Below, in pieces: positions 19,714-28,897 of a stretch of DNA of 64,000 nucleotides; positions within the stretch are counted from its first letter, which is position 1, and the number at the start of each line of letters is the position of its first letter. The translations under genes and the position numbers were made by a program. Where the stretch lies: positions 1 to 64,000 of the forward strand of contig JBBRLQ010000009.1 in assembly GCA_038231275.1 (NCBI GenBank), in the 5' to 3' direction. The stretch is from Polyangiales bacterium. GTDB lineage: Bacteria; Myxococcota_A; Polyangia; Polyangiales; Polyangiaceae. The notes beneath the pieces were generated by a model. The model ran no database searches. It saw only the letters and a list, made by a program, of their open reading frames with translations, and had not been told where the DNA came from.

Positions 19714-20436
19714 ATGCGCCAACCCGATCGTCTCAGCGCCGCTTCCTATTGCACCGCCGCCCTGTCGGTCGCACTCCTCACCTCCCTCCTCGGGAGCGTG
19801 GCGTGCGGCAGCGGGAATGACGAGCCGTACAAGGCCTCCCCCGCGTGGTCGGGTCGCAAGGCGAGCATGCCGCCCGTCCCCCAGCTCCCGTCGACGCCGG
19901 TCAAGAACGGCGACTCGTACACGGTGTTCGGCGCGATTCATCACCTGAACAGCCGAATCCACAGCACCGACGTCACGGCGAAGGACATCTCGATCACCGG
20001 CTACATCGTCGAGTCGAACATCCCCGACGCCCCGAAATGCGCGATCCACAAAGTCGGCAAGAAGGATCCGGACGACTGCCTCAACGTGCCGATCCCGTCC
20101 TTCTACATCGCCGACGCCAAGGGCGACACGAAGGGCGCCAAGATCCGCGTCCTCGGCTGGGCGAAGAACTTCGCGTCGGTCTTCGAGGCGATGGAGAAGT
20201 ACAAGAATCTGAAGGAGCCGCCGAAGGAGCTCTACAAGGACGAGGTCTGGATGGTCGACGTGCCGTTCCCGCTCCCCGCGGTCGGCGCGAAGGTGAAGGT
20301 CAACGGGAAGTACGGCTACACCTTCACCAAGTCCTCCACCGGCCTCGTGAGCGATCCCAAGAACGGCGTCATGACGTACGGCACGATCAACGTGATCGAG
20401 CCCGCGCCCGAGCCCGCCGCGTTCGCGAAGAAGTAG
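19714..20436 (+). CDS. Hypothetical lipoprotein
   Basis: Signal with VAC lipobox; GGAG SD; strong codon bias. Confidence 0.8.
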   Translation: MRQPDRLSAASYCTAALSVALLTSLLGSVACGSGNDEPYKASPAWSGRKASMPPVPQLPSTPVKNGDSYTVFGAIHHLNSRIHSTDVTAKDISITGYIVESNIPDAPKCAIHKVGKKDPDDCLNVPIPSFYIADAKGDTKGAKIRVLGWAKNFASVFEAMEKYKNLKEPPKELYKDEVWMVDVPFPLPAVGAKVKVNGKYGYTFTKSSTGLVSDPKNGVMTYGTINVIEPAPEPAAFAKK

Positions 20437-20462
20437 TCGTTCGCCGATTTTGCCGCCGGGCG

Positions 20463-21587
20463 TCAGCGTGCGGTGGGCGCGGGGAGGGTGGCGGTCGCGA
20501 TCTTGAGGAGCTCCTCGAGCTCCTTCGCGGCCGCGGTCGTGGAGGCAGGCTCGAGGGCGCGCAGGATCGCGAAGCGCTCGTCCGCCGGGAAGCAGTCGCC
20601 GTGCATCGCGATCCAGCGGCGCGCGACGAACGAGCCGGCGGCGCGCGCGAAGGCCGCCCCCGCTTGGATCGTCGGCGCGGAGGTCTCGGCGGCGCCGAGC
20701 GCACCTTCGGCCCAGCTCATCGCCCGTTCCCCCAGGAGATCGAGCGCCATCGCGGCGGGCTTCCATCGTCCTTGGGTCATCAGCTCCTTCGTCGCGCGGC
20801 CCAGCGCTTCGTCCACGCGTTCGTCGGGCTGCGCCGCGAGCGCCCTCACCGCGAGGGTCCGGCCTGCGCGAGTGGCGGCAAGCGCCAGTGTCTCGGCCGT
20901 CCACGCGAAGCGCGGCGCGTCGCGCCCGGCCGTTGCGAGATCGGTGAGCGGAGATTTTGCCAGCACCCCGCGGATCGCGAGCTCGAAGCGATCCGGATCG
21001 ATCCCGGCGCCGTGCTCGGGGAGCGACATCAGTGGCCGTGCGGAGCTCGCGACGTCGACGCGCCGCACCTTCGGCCACTTGGTGAGGCGCTCCGGCGGCT
21101 GCGCGCCGCGGAACTCCGACGAGCCGAGCCACCACGACACCACCGTGTCGGTGCGCGAGATCTCGAACATGCGCGACACGAGCGTATGGCGCGACAGCGC
21201 GTCGCCGATGCTCGCCGGCGGCGGGATTTGGTCGAGCGTCTGATCGACGAGATTAACGAGCTTGAGGGGAGCCTTGCTCCGGAACACACCCTTGAGGTCG
21301 GGGTGCGCGGTCTGGACGACGTCGTGCAGCGCCGCGACGAGCGCCCACTCCGCGGCGCGTAGCCCTTCGAAGCGGTCGACCGGGGTGAGCTTTCGCGCGA
21401 TGCGGACGCGCGCGAGCTGCACGTGCGCGGCGAGGTCGATGTCCGTCGTCGGGCGATCGTCGCCGATCGCGAGCGCGATGCGCGGACCGATCGGGCGTCC
21501 CGGCGACATCGCACCGCCGATGACGAGGGGCGCGACGAAGCCGCGAAAGAGCCGCTCCGCGGTGGCGCCGACGTCGGGCTTCGCCAC
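20463..21587 (-). CDS. Hypothetical protein
   Basis: 374 aa with normal composition; 3 nt downstream of 21591..23105. Confidence 0.75.
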   Translation of the reverse strand: MAKPDVGATAERLFRGFVAPLVIGGAMSPGRPIGPRIALAIGDDRPTTDIDLAAHVQLARVRIARKLTPVDRFEGLRAAEWALVAALHDVVQTAHPDLKGVFRSKAPLKLVNLVDQTLDQIPPPASIGDALSRHTLVSRMFEISRTDTVVSWWLGSSEFRGAQPPERLTKWPKVRRVDVASSARPLMSLPEHGAGIDPDRFELAIRGVLAKSPLTDLATAGRDAPRFAWTAETLALAATRAGRTLAVRALAAQPDERVDEALGRATKELMTQGRWKPAAMALDLLGERAMSWAEGALGAAETSAPTIQAGAAFARAAGSFVARRWIAMHGDCFPADERFAILRALEPASTTAAAKELEELLKIATATLPAPTAR

Positions 21588-21590
21588 GCT

Positions 21591-23105
21591 TCACCCCTTC
21601 GGCGGCAGTGCCGCAGGCGCGGGGGCAGGAGGGAGTGGCTCGGCGCCCGAGAGGGGAAATGTCCCGAGGCCGGTGAGCTTCAGATCGACGGGCACCTCGG
21701 CGAGCGCAAGCTGGATTGCGTCGGACACGAGAGGCTCCCACGGCTGCGCCTCGAGGAGCGCGGTCTCGAGGGGCACGAACGCGGCGTCGTCCACGCTGAG
21801 GGCATGCGCGTCGGGCGTGATGAAGAGCACCTGCTCGGCCGGCGCACCGAGCGCGCGGTGGAGCACCTCCGGCGCGACCGCGGGGGTGACGTCGTAGCCG
21901 GCGGGGATGTAGAGCTGCGGATGGATCTCGATGAAGAACGTCCCGAGCGGCACCGCCTCGATGCCCCCCGGTGAACGCAGGAACGCGCCGCGCGTGGTCA
22001 TCGCGATGGTCGTGCGCGCGATCGTCTGGTGCGGGAGCGCGTAGGCCATTCGCCGGAGGAGCGGCAGTTGCGCGGTCGGGATCCACGTCGCGGTGACGTT
22101 GCGCCACGGCGACGTCGACGGCAGCACGCGCAAAGGAACGCGCACCGATTCGGGCCGCGTCGTTCCCGTCGCGACCGATAGGGTCTGTTGTTCGTCGGGT
22201 CGCAGCTCTACGCGCGCGAACGCGCGGAGATCGCCCATCTGCGGAAGGCGATCGAGTGACCACGGCTCGTCGCCGCGACCGCGAAGGAGGACGAGGCCGT
22301 TGGGATCGAAGATCGGGCACGCGCGCAGCGCGACCGGGTGTCGGTAGCCGATCTCGACGGCGACGCCGGGTCCGACGGGCAGGAACGTGGTGATTCCCGG
22401 GGTCGTTCGCATCAGCAGGCGCATTCGCGCGGGGAGCTCGGGGACGCGCAGCACGTAGCGCCGCACCGGACCCTCGTCGAACGCGCCCGCCGGCGGCCAC
22501 TCGCCCACCGACACCTCTCCCTCGACGCGCGACCTCACGAAGTAGTGGATGAGCGCGGGCCCGAGGCCCTGCTCGGCGACGAGGAAGCGCGGGCCCGACT
22601 CGTCCATCGTCGACGGATCGACGTGGGGCATCAAACGCAGGAGCAGCGCGCGCAGATCGAGATCCTTGTCGCTCTCGTAGACCTGCGTGAATTTGTCGTG
22701 GTAGAGCGCGAGCGCCGCGTCCGTCGCGAGGAGGCTGCCGGCGTCGTATCCGAAGGGCGCGCCGGCGTCGCGGTACTGGACGAAATGGCGGCTGGTCCCG
22801 GTGAACGTCATCCCGCCGACCAAGCGCGCCGTCTCGGTGACGCGATCCATTCGGTCGCTCGACTCGGCGGCGAAGGCGAGCGTGATTTCGCGCGTGCCGA
22901 GCTTCGATCGAACGAGCCGGATCTCGAGGCTCGGCATGAGATCTTCGAGCGAATGCTCGCGCGTGTAGACGCTCAGCCACGCGACGAGGCGATCGATCGA
23001 GGGGAGGAGGACGAGACCCTTGGCGCCGAGCGCGACGCCCTTCGCGTCGAGGCCGAGCCCCGGCGTGCGCAGGCGAGTCTGGTGGAGCGCGATACGTTCG
23101 AGCAT
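21591..23105 (-). CDS. Hypothetical protein (possibly ternary conflict-system accessory domain)
   Basis: 504 aa; C-terminal LYIPAGYDVTPAV...AFVPL; family uncertain. Confidence 0.75.
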   Translation of the reverse strand: MLERIALHQTRLRTPGLGLDAKGVALGAKGLVLLPSIDRLVAWLSVYTREHSLEDLMPSLEIRLVRSKLGTREITLAFAAESSDRMDRVTETARLVGGMTFTGTSRHFVQYRDAGAPFGYDAGSLLATDAALALYHDKFTQVYESDKDLDLRALLLRLMPHVDPSTMDESGPRFLVAEQGLGPALIHYFVRSRVEGEVSVGEWPPAGAFDEGPVRRYVLRVPELPARMRLLMRTTPGITTFLPVGPGVAVEIGYRHPVALRACPIFDPNGLVLLRGRGDEPWSLDRLPQMGDLRAFARVELRPDEQQTLSVATGTTRPESVRVPLRVLPSTSPWRNVTATWIPTAQLPLLRRMAYALPHQTIARTTIAMTTRGAFLRSPGGIEAVPLGTFFIEIHPQLYIPAGYDVTPAVAPEVLHRALGAPAEQVLFITPDAHALSVDDAAFVPLETALLEAQPWEPLVSDAIQLALAEVPVDLKLTGLGTFPLSGAEPLPPAPAPAALPPKG

Positions 23106-23121
23106 CGAACCCCCGAGGATA

Positions 23122-24312
23122 TCAGCGCGCGCGGCGTTTGTCGGCGAAGGGCACCACGACGAGGAAGCCGGCCGCCGATACGGCGCCCGCGACGCCGCAG
23201 CCTCGCCACAGGACCGCGGAGCCGAACCGCTCCATCACGACGCCGCCGAGGATCGGCGCGAGCGCGGAGGCCGCTCCGAAGGTGATCTGGAACGCCCCCT
23301 GGTAGCTGCCGCGGAGGAGGGCGGGCGACAGATCGGCGACGATGGCCGGCGTCAGTGGAGCCATGAGGATCTCGCCGAGCGTCCAGACGACGATGGCGAC
23401 GGCGTAGAGCGCCGGCGAGCTGCCCGCGACCTCGTTCATGGCCCACCCGACGCCGGTGAGCAACGCGCTCGCCGCCGCGACGTGCGACCGTCGCGCGCGC
23501 TCTACGAGCGACGTGATGAGGGGCTGGAAGACGACGATGAGGAGCCCGTTCAATCCGAGGAGCAGTCCGTAGGTGCGCGGCGACAACCCGTTCGCACGCA
23601 TGTGGAGGGGCAGGGCCACGAAGCCCTGGAAAAACGCCAGCGCGAGCAGCAGCGAGAAGAGGACGAACGCGAGGAACGCCGGGTCTCGGTATGGCGTCAG
23701 GAGCGAGGGTCGCTTCTCTCCTTGGCGCTCCTTGGGCCTCGTCTCGGCGACGACGGCCGCGACGAGCGCGCCGCACGCCAGCGTGGAGGCGGCGTCACCG
23801 AAGAAGAGGTACGAGTAGCTGCGCGTCGCGAGGAAGCCGGCGGCGACCGGTCCAATGGCGAAGCCGACGTTGACGGCCCAATGGAGCAGCCCGTATGCAC
23901 GCGCCCGCTGGTTTTCCGGCACGACGTCGGCCACGACCGCGCCGAGGGCCGGACGGAACAGATCGCCGGCGAAGCCGAGCGCGAACGCGGTCACGCCGAT
24001 CGCGGTCACGTCGCGTGCGAAGCCAAGCGCGAGCATCGCTGCGGCGCCGGCCACACTGGAGCCGATCAGCGTGATCCGTCGTCCGATGCGATCGGCGAGC
24101 GCACCGCCGATCGGCCCCGCAAAGATCGACCCGGTGCCGACCAGCCCGACGATGAAGCTCGCGCGCTCCACCGAGAGGTGGATCTCCTCCGTCAGGTAGA
24201 TCGCGAGGAAGGGGACCACGAACGTCCCGAGGCGATTCACCAGCGTGCCGACGAACAACCACGCAAACGAACGCGGGAGGCCCCGCGTGTCGGGGAAGAA
24301 ACGAATCGCCAT
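23122..24312 (-). CDS. MFS transporter
   Basis: Motif A GGALADRIGRR; about 12 TMs. Confidence 0.92.
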   Translation of the reverse strand: MAIRFFPDTRGLPRSFAWLFVGTLVNRLGTFVVPFLAIYLTEEIHLSVERASFIVGLVGTGSIFAGPIGGALADRIGRRITLIGSSVAGAAAMLALGFARDVTAIGVTAFALGFAGDLFRPALGAVVADVVPENQRARAYGLLHWAVNVGFAIGPVAAGFLATRSYSYLFFGDAASTLACGALVAAVVAETRPKERQGEKRPSLLTPYRDPAFLAFVLFSLLLALAFFQGFVALPLHMRANGLSPRTYGLLLGLNGLLIVVFQPLITSLVERARRSHVAAASALLTGVGWAMNEVAGSSPALYAVAIVVWTLGEILMAPLTPAIVADLSPALLRGSYQGAFQITFGAASALAPILGGVVMERFGSAVLWRGCGVAGAVSAAGFLVVVPFADKRRAR

Positions 24313-24316
24313 CGAA

Positions 24317-25066
24317 TTAGCCGAGGGGCTCCGCGGCCAGGATCCGGCACGCCCCCAGCACGGCGGCAGCGACCGTCTCGGTGCGCAGGACGAAGGGCCC
24401 GAGCGATGCGGTCGTGAAGCCAGCGGCCTCGGCGCTCGCGACCTCGTCGACCGTCAACCCACCCTCGGGTCCTGCCGCGAAGCCGAGCGCGCGCCCCGCG
24501 GCGATCGCGTGGGCGAGGCTCGGACCGAGCGGAGGCGCTCCGCCGGTGTGAAGACAGAACCGCGCGGCGTCGCTCGGGACCGAGGCCAGCGCGTCCGTCC
24601 AAGCGAGCGGTCCCACGATCTCCGGCGGATCGCCGCGGCCGGATTGCCGCGCGGCCTCGCGGGCGATCTTCGTCCAGCGCGCGCGTCGGGCCGTGACGCG
24701 CGCCGCGTCCAGATGCACGACGCTGCGCGCGCTCTCGGCGACCACGATGCGTGTCGCGCCGAGCTCCGTGGCGTCGCGGACGATGTCGTCGAGCTTGTCC
24801 CCCTTCGAAAGGCAGTGAACCCACACGAGCTCGCGCGTGGCGACGACGCGCGCCGGTCGCGTCTGCGCGACGAGGATCCGCGCGTGGCCGGCGTCGAAGG
24901 CGACGAGCTCGGCGTCGGCCTCCACGGCGCGCCCGGCGTCGAACGCGACGAAGCGCGCGCCGACGGGGAGGCGGAGGACTCGTGCGAGGTAGTGCGAGGA
25001 CTCCTCGTCGAGCACGCGCTCTCCCGGTCCGAGCTCCGCGACCGCGACGCGCACGGAGCGGCTCAT
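24317..25066 (-). CDS. rsmE: 16S rRNA m3U1498 methyltransferase
   Basis: HYLARVLRL, ATELG, EAARQSGR, GPEGG, LGPFVLRTETV; follows prmA. Confidence 0.93.
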   Translation of the reverse strand: MSRSVRVAVAELGPGERVLDEESSHYLARVLRLPVGARFVAFDAGRAVEADAELVAFDAGHARILVAQTRPARVVATRELVWVHCLSKGDKLDDIVRDATELGATRIVVAESARSVVHLDAARVTARRARWTKIAREAARQSGRGDPPEIVGPLAWTDALASVPSDAARFCLHTGGAPPLGPSLAHAIAAGRALGFAAGPEGGLTVDEVASAEAAGFTTASLGPFVLRTETVAAAVLGACRILAAEPLG

Positions 25067-25914
25067 TTTTTCCGGAAGACGAGCGCGATCCACTCGCCCT
25101 TCTCGGGCGCGGCGATGAGGTCGAGCCCCGCGTAGGCGGCGACCACCTCGTCCTTCTGGGGGACGAGGATGCCCGACAAGACGAGGAGACCGCCCGCCGC
25201 CACGTGCGCGCCGAGCTCCGGCGCCATCGGGACGAGCACGCGCGCTTCGATGTTGGCGAGGACGACCGGAAACGTCTCCTCGATCGATCCGAGCTCGGCG
25301 GTCCCAGCGTCGAAGCGCGCGCCGACGCCGTTCCGCGCGGCGTTCTCCTTCGCGACCTCGATGGCGTCTCCGTCGATGTCGGTCGCGCGGGCGCGGGCCG
25401 CGCCCAGCTTCAGCGCAAGGATCGCGAGGATCCCGCTCCCCGTTCCGACGTCGAGCAGCGCCTTCCCGGTGAGCTCCCCGGCGCGCTCGGCGAGGACGCC
25501 AGCGACGAGCGAGGTCGTCTCGTGCAGGCCTGTCCCGAACGCGCGACCGGGCTCGAGCTCGAGGAGAACGCGCGAAGGCCCTTCATACGGCTCCCACGGC
25601 GGACGCACGACGATCCCCGGCGCGATTTCGAACGGACGAAAGTGTTCCTTCCACGCGTCCCGCCACGCATCTCCGACGATCTCTTCCACTCGCGGGGACA
25701 GCGACGCGTCGATCTCCGCGACGGCGGCTTCCGCCTCCTCGTGCGTCGCGAAGCTGGCGACGAGCGTGACCTTGCCAGCGGTCCCTTTTACCAGCGTCGT
25801 CGCATCCCGCTCTTCCACGCCCTGCGCCCCGAGATCGAAGAGCAGCGAGCTCGTCGCGTCGGCTTCTTCTTCCGAGACGTCGACGTGAACGAACGGGAAC
25901 CGCGGCTCGGTCAC
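25063..25914 (-). CDS. prmA: Ribosomal protein L11 methyltransferase
   Basis: WKEHFRP, EPGRAFGTGLHETT, LDVGTGSGIL, ANI, LSGI. Confidence 0.95.
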   Translation of the reverse strand: MTEPRFPFVHVDVSEEEADATSSLLFDLGAQGVEERDATTLVKGTAGKVTLVASFATHEEAEAAVAEIDASLSPRVEEIVGDAWRDAWKEHFRPFEIAPGIVVRPPWEPYEGPSRVLLELEPGRAFGTGLHETTSLVAGVLAERAGELTGKALLDVGTGSGILAILALKLGAARARATDIDGDAIEVAKENAARNGVGARFDAGTAELGSIEETFPVVLANIEARVLVPMAPELGAHVAAGGLLVLSGILVPQKDEVVAAYAGLDLIAAPEKGEWIALVFRKK

Positions 25915-26837
25915 CACCGAACGCCCCAGCGCGACTCGCCGACGCTGACGGTAACGTTCGAGTTGGCGCCTGGCCCCGGTCCAGGCCCCGGCGTCGACTT
26001 GCTGGACTTGAAGACGCCCGCCAAGGCCAACCCGCCGACGATGGCCGCTGCGCCGAGCACCCCGCCGCCGATGGCGACCGGAAGCACCCACCCCTTCGAT
26101 CCCTCCGGCACCGCCACACGAAGCGGCGTTCCCGCGTCGCCACGCGACACGATCGGCAACCCACCCTTGTCGAACCCCTGGAGGTAATATTCCACGAGCG
26201 GCGGGCTCACCGCCGACGCCGGGATCGTCGCGTGCACACGCACGCCGTCGAGGTCCGCGTCGCCTTCCACGAACTTCCCTTTGGAGCCGCTGCGGTAATA
26301 CATCCGCACGGTCGTCACGCGCTTGCCGGGATCTTCGAGCGTCGCGCTGAGATCGATCCGCGTGCCGCCGTCGACCTGTGAAGGCGAGGCGTGCTTCATC
26401 GAGACCGCCGCCGGCGGAGGCTCGGTCTCCTTGACGAGCCCCGGTCGCCCTTCTTCTTCCCACTTGGTGCGCACGAGCGTGAAGAAATCCCGGAAGCGCG
26501 GCGACTCGCTTTGGGGCAGCGCGTACGACGGCTCGATCGAGAGGAGGCCGCGCACCGCGCTCTCGGCCTCGTCCTTGCGGTTCAGCGTGATGTAATTGAG
26601 CGCGAGGAACCGGTAGATTTCGATCTTCTGCGGCTTCGTGTTGTTCGGGCGCAGCAGGGCGGCCGAGAGCGTCTGGATCGATTCTTCGTATTGCTGGTCT
26701 TCGAACAGCTGGTGTCCGCGCTGCACGAGATCCTGCTGCGGGCGCCCCTGCGCGAATGCCGGCGCGGCGAAGGGAACGCCAGCGCCATGAACCGCTGCGA
26801 GGACCGCGAGCGAGGTGAAGAAGCGCCTGCCGAACAT
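25911..26837 (-). CDS. Exported TPR-like protein with C-terminal TM
   Basis: Signal peptide MFGRRFF...AFA; TPR-like helices, beta domain (VEYY), hydrophobic tail. Confidence 0.75.
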   Translation of the reverse strand: MFGRRFFTSLAVLAAVHGAGVPFAAPAFAQGRPQQDLVQRGHQLFEDQQYEESIQTLSAALLRPNNTKPQKIEIYRFLALNYITLNRKDEAESAVRGLLSIEPSYALPQSESPRFRDFFTLVRTKWEEEGRPGLVKETEPPPAAVSMKHASPSQVDGGTRIDLSATLEDPGKRVTTVRMYYRSGSKGKFVEGDADLDGVRVHATIPASAVSPPLVEYYLQGFDKGGLPIVSRGDAGTPLRVAVPEGSKGWVLPVAIGGGVLGAAAIVGGLALAGVFKSSKSTPGPGPGPGANSNVTVSVGESRWGVRW

Positions 26838-26865
26838 GGCGCGGACTATAGCCGAGCGCCCGCCG

Positions 26866-27267
26866 TCAGTCGCGAACCACGAGCGCGAGCGAGTGACCGT
26901 CGTCCTGGATCTCCAGGGGGAAGAGGCTCTGGCCGAAACAGGGACCGAGGACGCAGACCCCGTCGCTGGGGCGATAGATGGCGCCGTGCGAGTGGCAAAC
27001 GAGGTGGACGCCGTCTTCGGCCATCGGGGCCGCGCGGACTCCTGAGCCGAGTCGCACGACGTCTGCAGTGTCGAGAGGGACGGGGTTGTGCTGGCACCGA
27101 TTCGCGAACGCCACCACGCGCCCGCCCACGCGCCCGACGAACGCGCTGGAGGCGCGCAGGCCATCCGGCAATCGCGTGGCGACGCCGAGCTCCACGCGAA
27201 CGAAGTGTCCCGATCGCACCTCTTGCGCCTCCGCGGCCGAAAGGGGCACGCGCCGCGGCGGGCTCAT
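26866..27267 (-). CDS. Rieske [2Fe-2S] ferredoxin-like protein
   Basis: NRCQH...VCHSHGA...GPC. Confidence 0.88.
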   Translation of the reverse strand: MSPPRRVPLSAAEAQEVRSGHFVRVELGVATRLPDGLRASSAFVGRVGGRVVAFANRCQHNPVPLDTADVVRLGSGVRAAPMAEDGVHLVCHSHGAIYRPSDGVCVLGPCFGQSLFPLEIQDDGHSLALVVRD

Positions 27268-27992
27268 GCCACGCGCTTCTTCAGTCGTCCCACGTGTGGC
27301 TCGTAATAGATGCGGGCGGCGGGTTGCGAGACGAGGAGCCCGCGCCGCGCGTCGATCGTCCGCGGAACGCGCTGCCGCTCAGCGAGGACGAGCGCGGTCA
27401 GGCGGCCGCCGTACACGCAGCCTGTGTCGAGGCCGGTGGCCCATCGATGCAGCTGAAGCCCCTGCATCGCGTTGTGCCCGAACACGATGTGCATGGGCCC
27501 GCCGTAACGTGCGCCCCAGAGCGCCCGCGGTCCGTGGGAGGTCTTCACCGTGCGCACGTTGAGGAGCACGCTGGGCATTTGGTGCTCGATGGCGACGTTG
27601 GGAAGGACGCCCGCGTGCACGACGCGAAGTCCGTGGTCGGGCAAGTCGTAGTAGAGCGGGGACGTCTCGAGCAGCGTCCAGTCGACGGGGCGCAGCTGTC
27701 GCGCGACCTCGCGGTGGATCCTGCCGAGCGGCGCTTTCGCTGCGGCTTTCCCGCGCATCCACGCGTCGCGCGCTGCTTTCCACGCGATGAGCTTCTCCTC
27801 GTGGTTGCCGCGAACGATCACGGCGCCTGTACGCCGCGCGATGTCGAGGACCCCGCGCGAGTCCGGCCCGCGCGCGATGAGGTCGCCGACGAAGACCAAT
27901 CGGTCACCGGATTCGAAACCAATCCGGTCGAGGAGCTTCTCGAGCTCGACTCGACACCCGTGCACGTCTCCGACGATGACGGTACGGCTCAT
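27264..27992 (-). CDS. Calcineurin-like metallophosphoesterase (ApaH/PrpE-like)
   Basis: GDVHGC, GDLIARGPDS, GNHE, VHAG, FGH, LDTGCVYGG. Confidence 0.92.
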   Translation of the reverse strand: MSRTVIVGDVHGCRVELEKLLDRIGFESGDRLVFVGDLIARGPDSRGVLDIARRTGAVIVRGNHEEKLIAWKAARDAWMRGKAAAKAPLGRIHREVARQLRPVDWTLLETSPLYYDLPDHGLRVVHAGVLPNVAIEHQMPSVLLNVRTVKTSHGPRALWGARYGGPMHIVFGHNAMQGLQLHRWATGLDTGCVYGGRLTALVLAERQRVPRTIDARRGLLVSQPAARIYYEPHVGRLKKRVA

Positions 27993-28077
27993 TCCTTCTA
28001 CTGAACAATGGACCAGGAGGCATGCACGGACAAGCGGTAATTTGCGCGCGGAACGACACTCGCACCCGCGTCGGGCG

Positions 28078-28641
28078 TCAGAGCTCTGAACGCGGCGGCA
28101 TCGGGAGGCCGAGATTGCGGAAGTAGGCCTGGATCGACCATGGACAAAGCTTTGGACGATCGCCGATGCACGCTGCTGTGTACGGCGGTATCGATACGTC
28201 GCCAAATCGGGCGGCGATGATGCGGAGGTCGGCGTAGAGACCGGCGAGCGCGAAGCGCAGCCGATCGCGTGGCAAGCGGAAGGCGCAGTCGAAAGCATCG
28301 CGGACGAGACCGAGCTTGAGAACTCGTCGTACGACCCGTCGCATGCGCTTTGTGCCCTCCCTCGACAGCTGCACGATCTTTTTCCGGCGATCCGCATGGT
28401 GTGTACGTCGCTCGAGAAGGCCGAGCTCCTCGAGACGCTTGAGCATCTTGCTGACGGTCGCGCTCGCGAGGCCGAGTCTCTCGTGGAGACCGCGTTGGCG
28501 GACGCCATGAGGTTTGCCGGTGTGGACGAGGTACATGAGGTCGAATCGCGCCGGGGTAAGGCCGAATGGGACCGCGAGGGCGCGCAGCGCGTGGACGGTG
28601 CGGAGGTGGGCCCGCTTGATGGCGAAGGGGAGGGAGTCCAT
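28078..28641 (-). CDS. MarR-family transcriptional regulator
   Basis: GLTPARFDLM, TVSKMLKRLEELGLLER, DRR wing motif. Confidence 0.82.
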   Translation of the reverse strand: MDSLPFAIKRAHLRTVHALRALAVPFGLTPARFDLMYLVHTGKPHGVRQRGLHERLGLASATVSKMLKRLEELGLLERRTHHADRRKKIVQLSREGTKRMRRVVRRVLKLGLVRDAFDCAFRLPRDRLRFALAGLYADLRIIAARFGDVSIPPYTAACIGDRPKLCPWSIQAYFRNLGLPMPPRSEL

Positions 28642-28652
28642 GCAGTCCTTAG

Positions 28653-28668
28653 AGCAGCCCGCGTGCCA
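28653..28668 (-). promoter_or_regulatory. Putative sigma54 -24/-12 promoter of MarR gene
   Basis: Minus strand TGGCACG-CGGG-CTGCT, 11 nt upstream of ATG 28641. Confidence 0.6.
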
Positions 28669-28897
28669 CCAGCCCCGGTGCCCCTTCCCGTGGGCAGGGG
28701 TCCGCAGAAGATCCATCAGCTTGCTAACGAATTTGGCGTCACGAGCGCGGGCTGCGGTGGCGAGGGGCCGTGGCTCGCGACCGTCCGGGACGGCGATGCC
28801 CCCGTCCTGGCCACCCCCGCGCGAACGTCACCCGCGTCCCGACCTGGCGACCGTGCGCGCGAGCCGCATGACCATCCCAAGTTGAGCCCGCCGTGGA

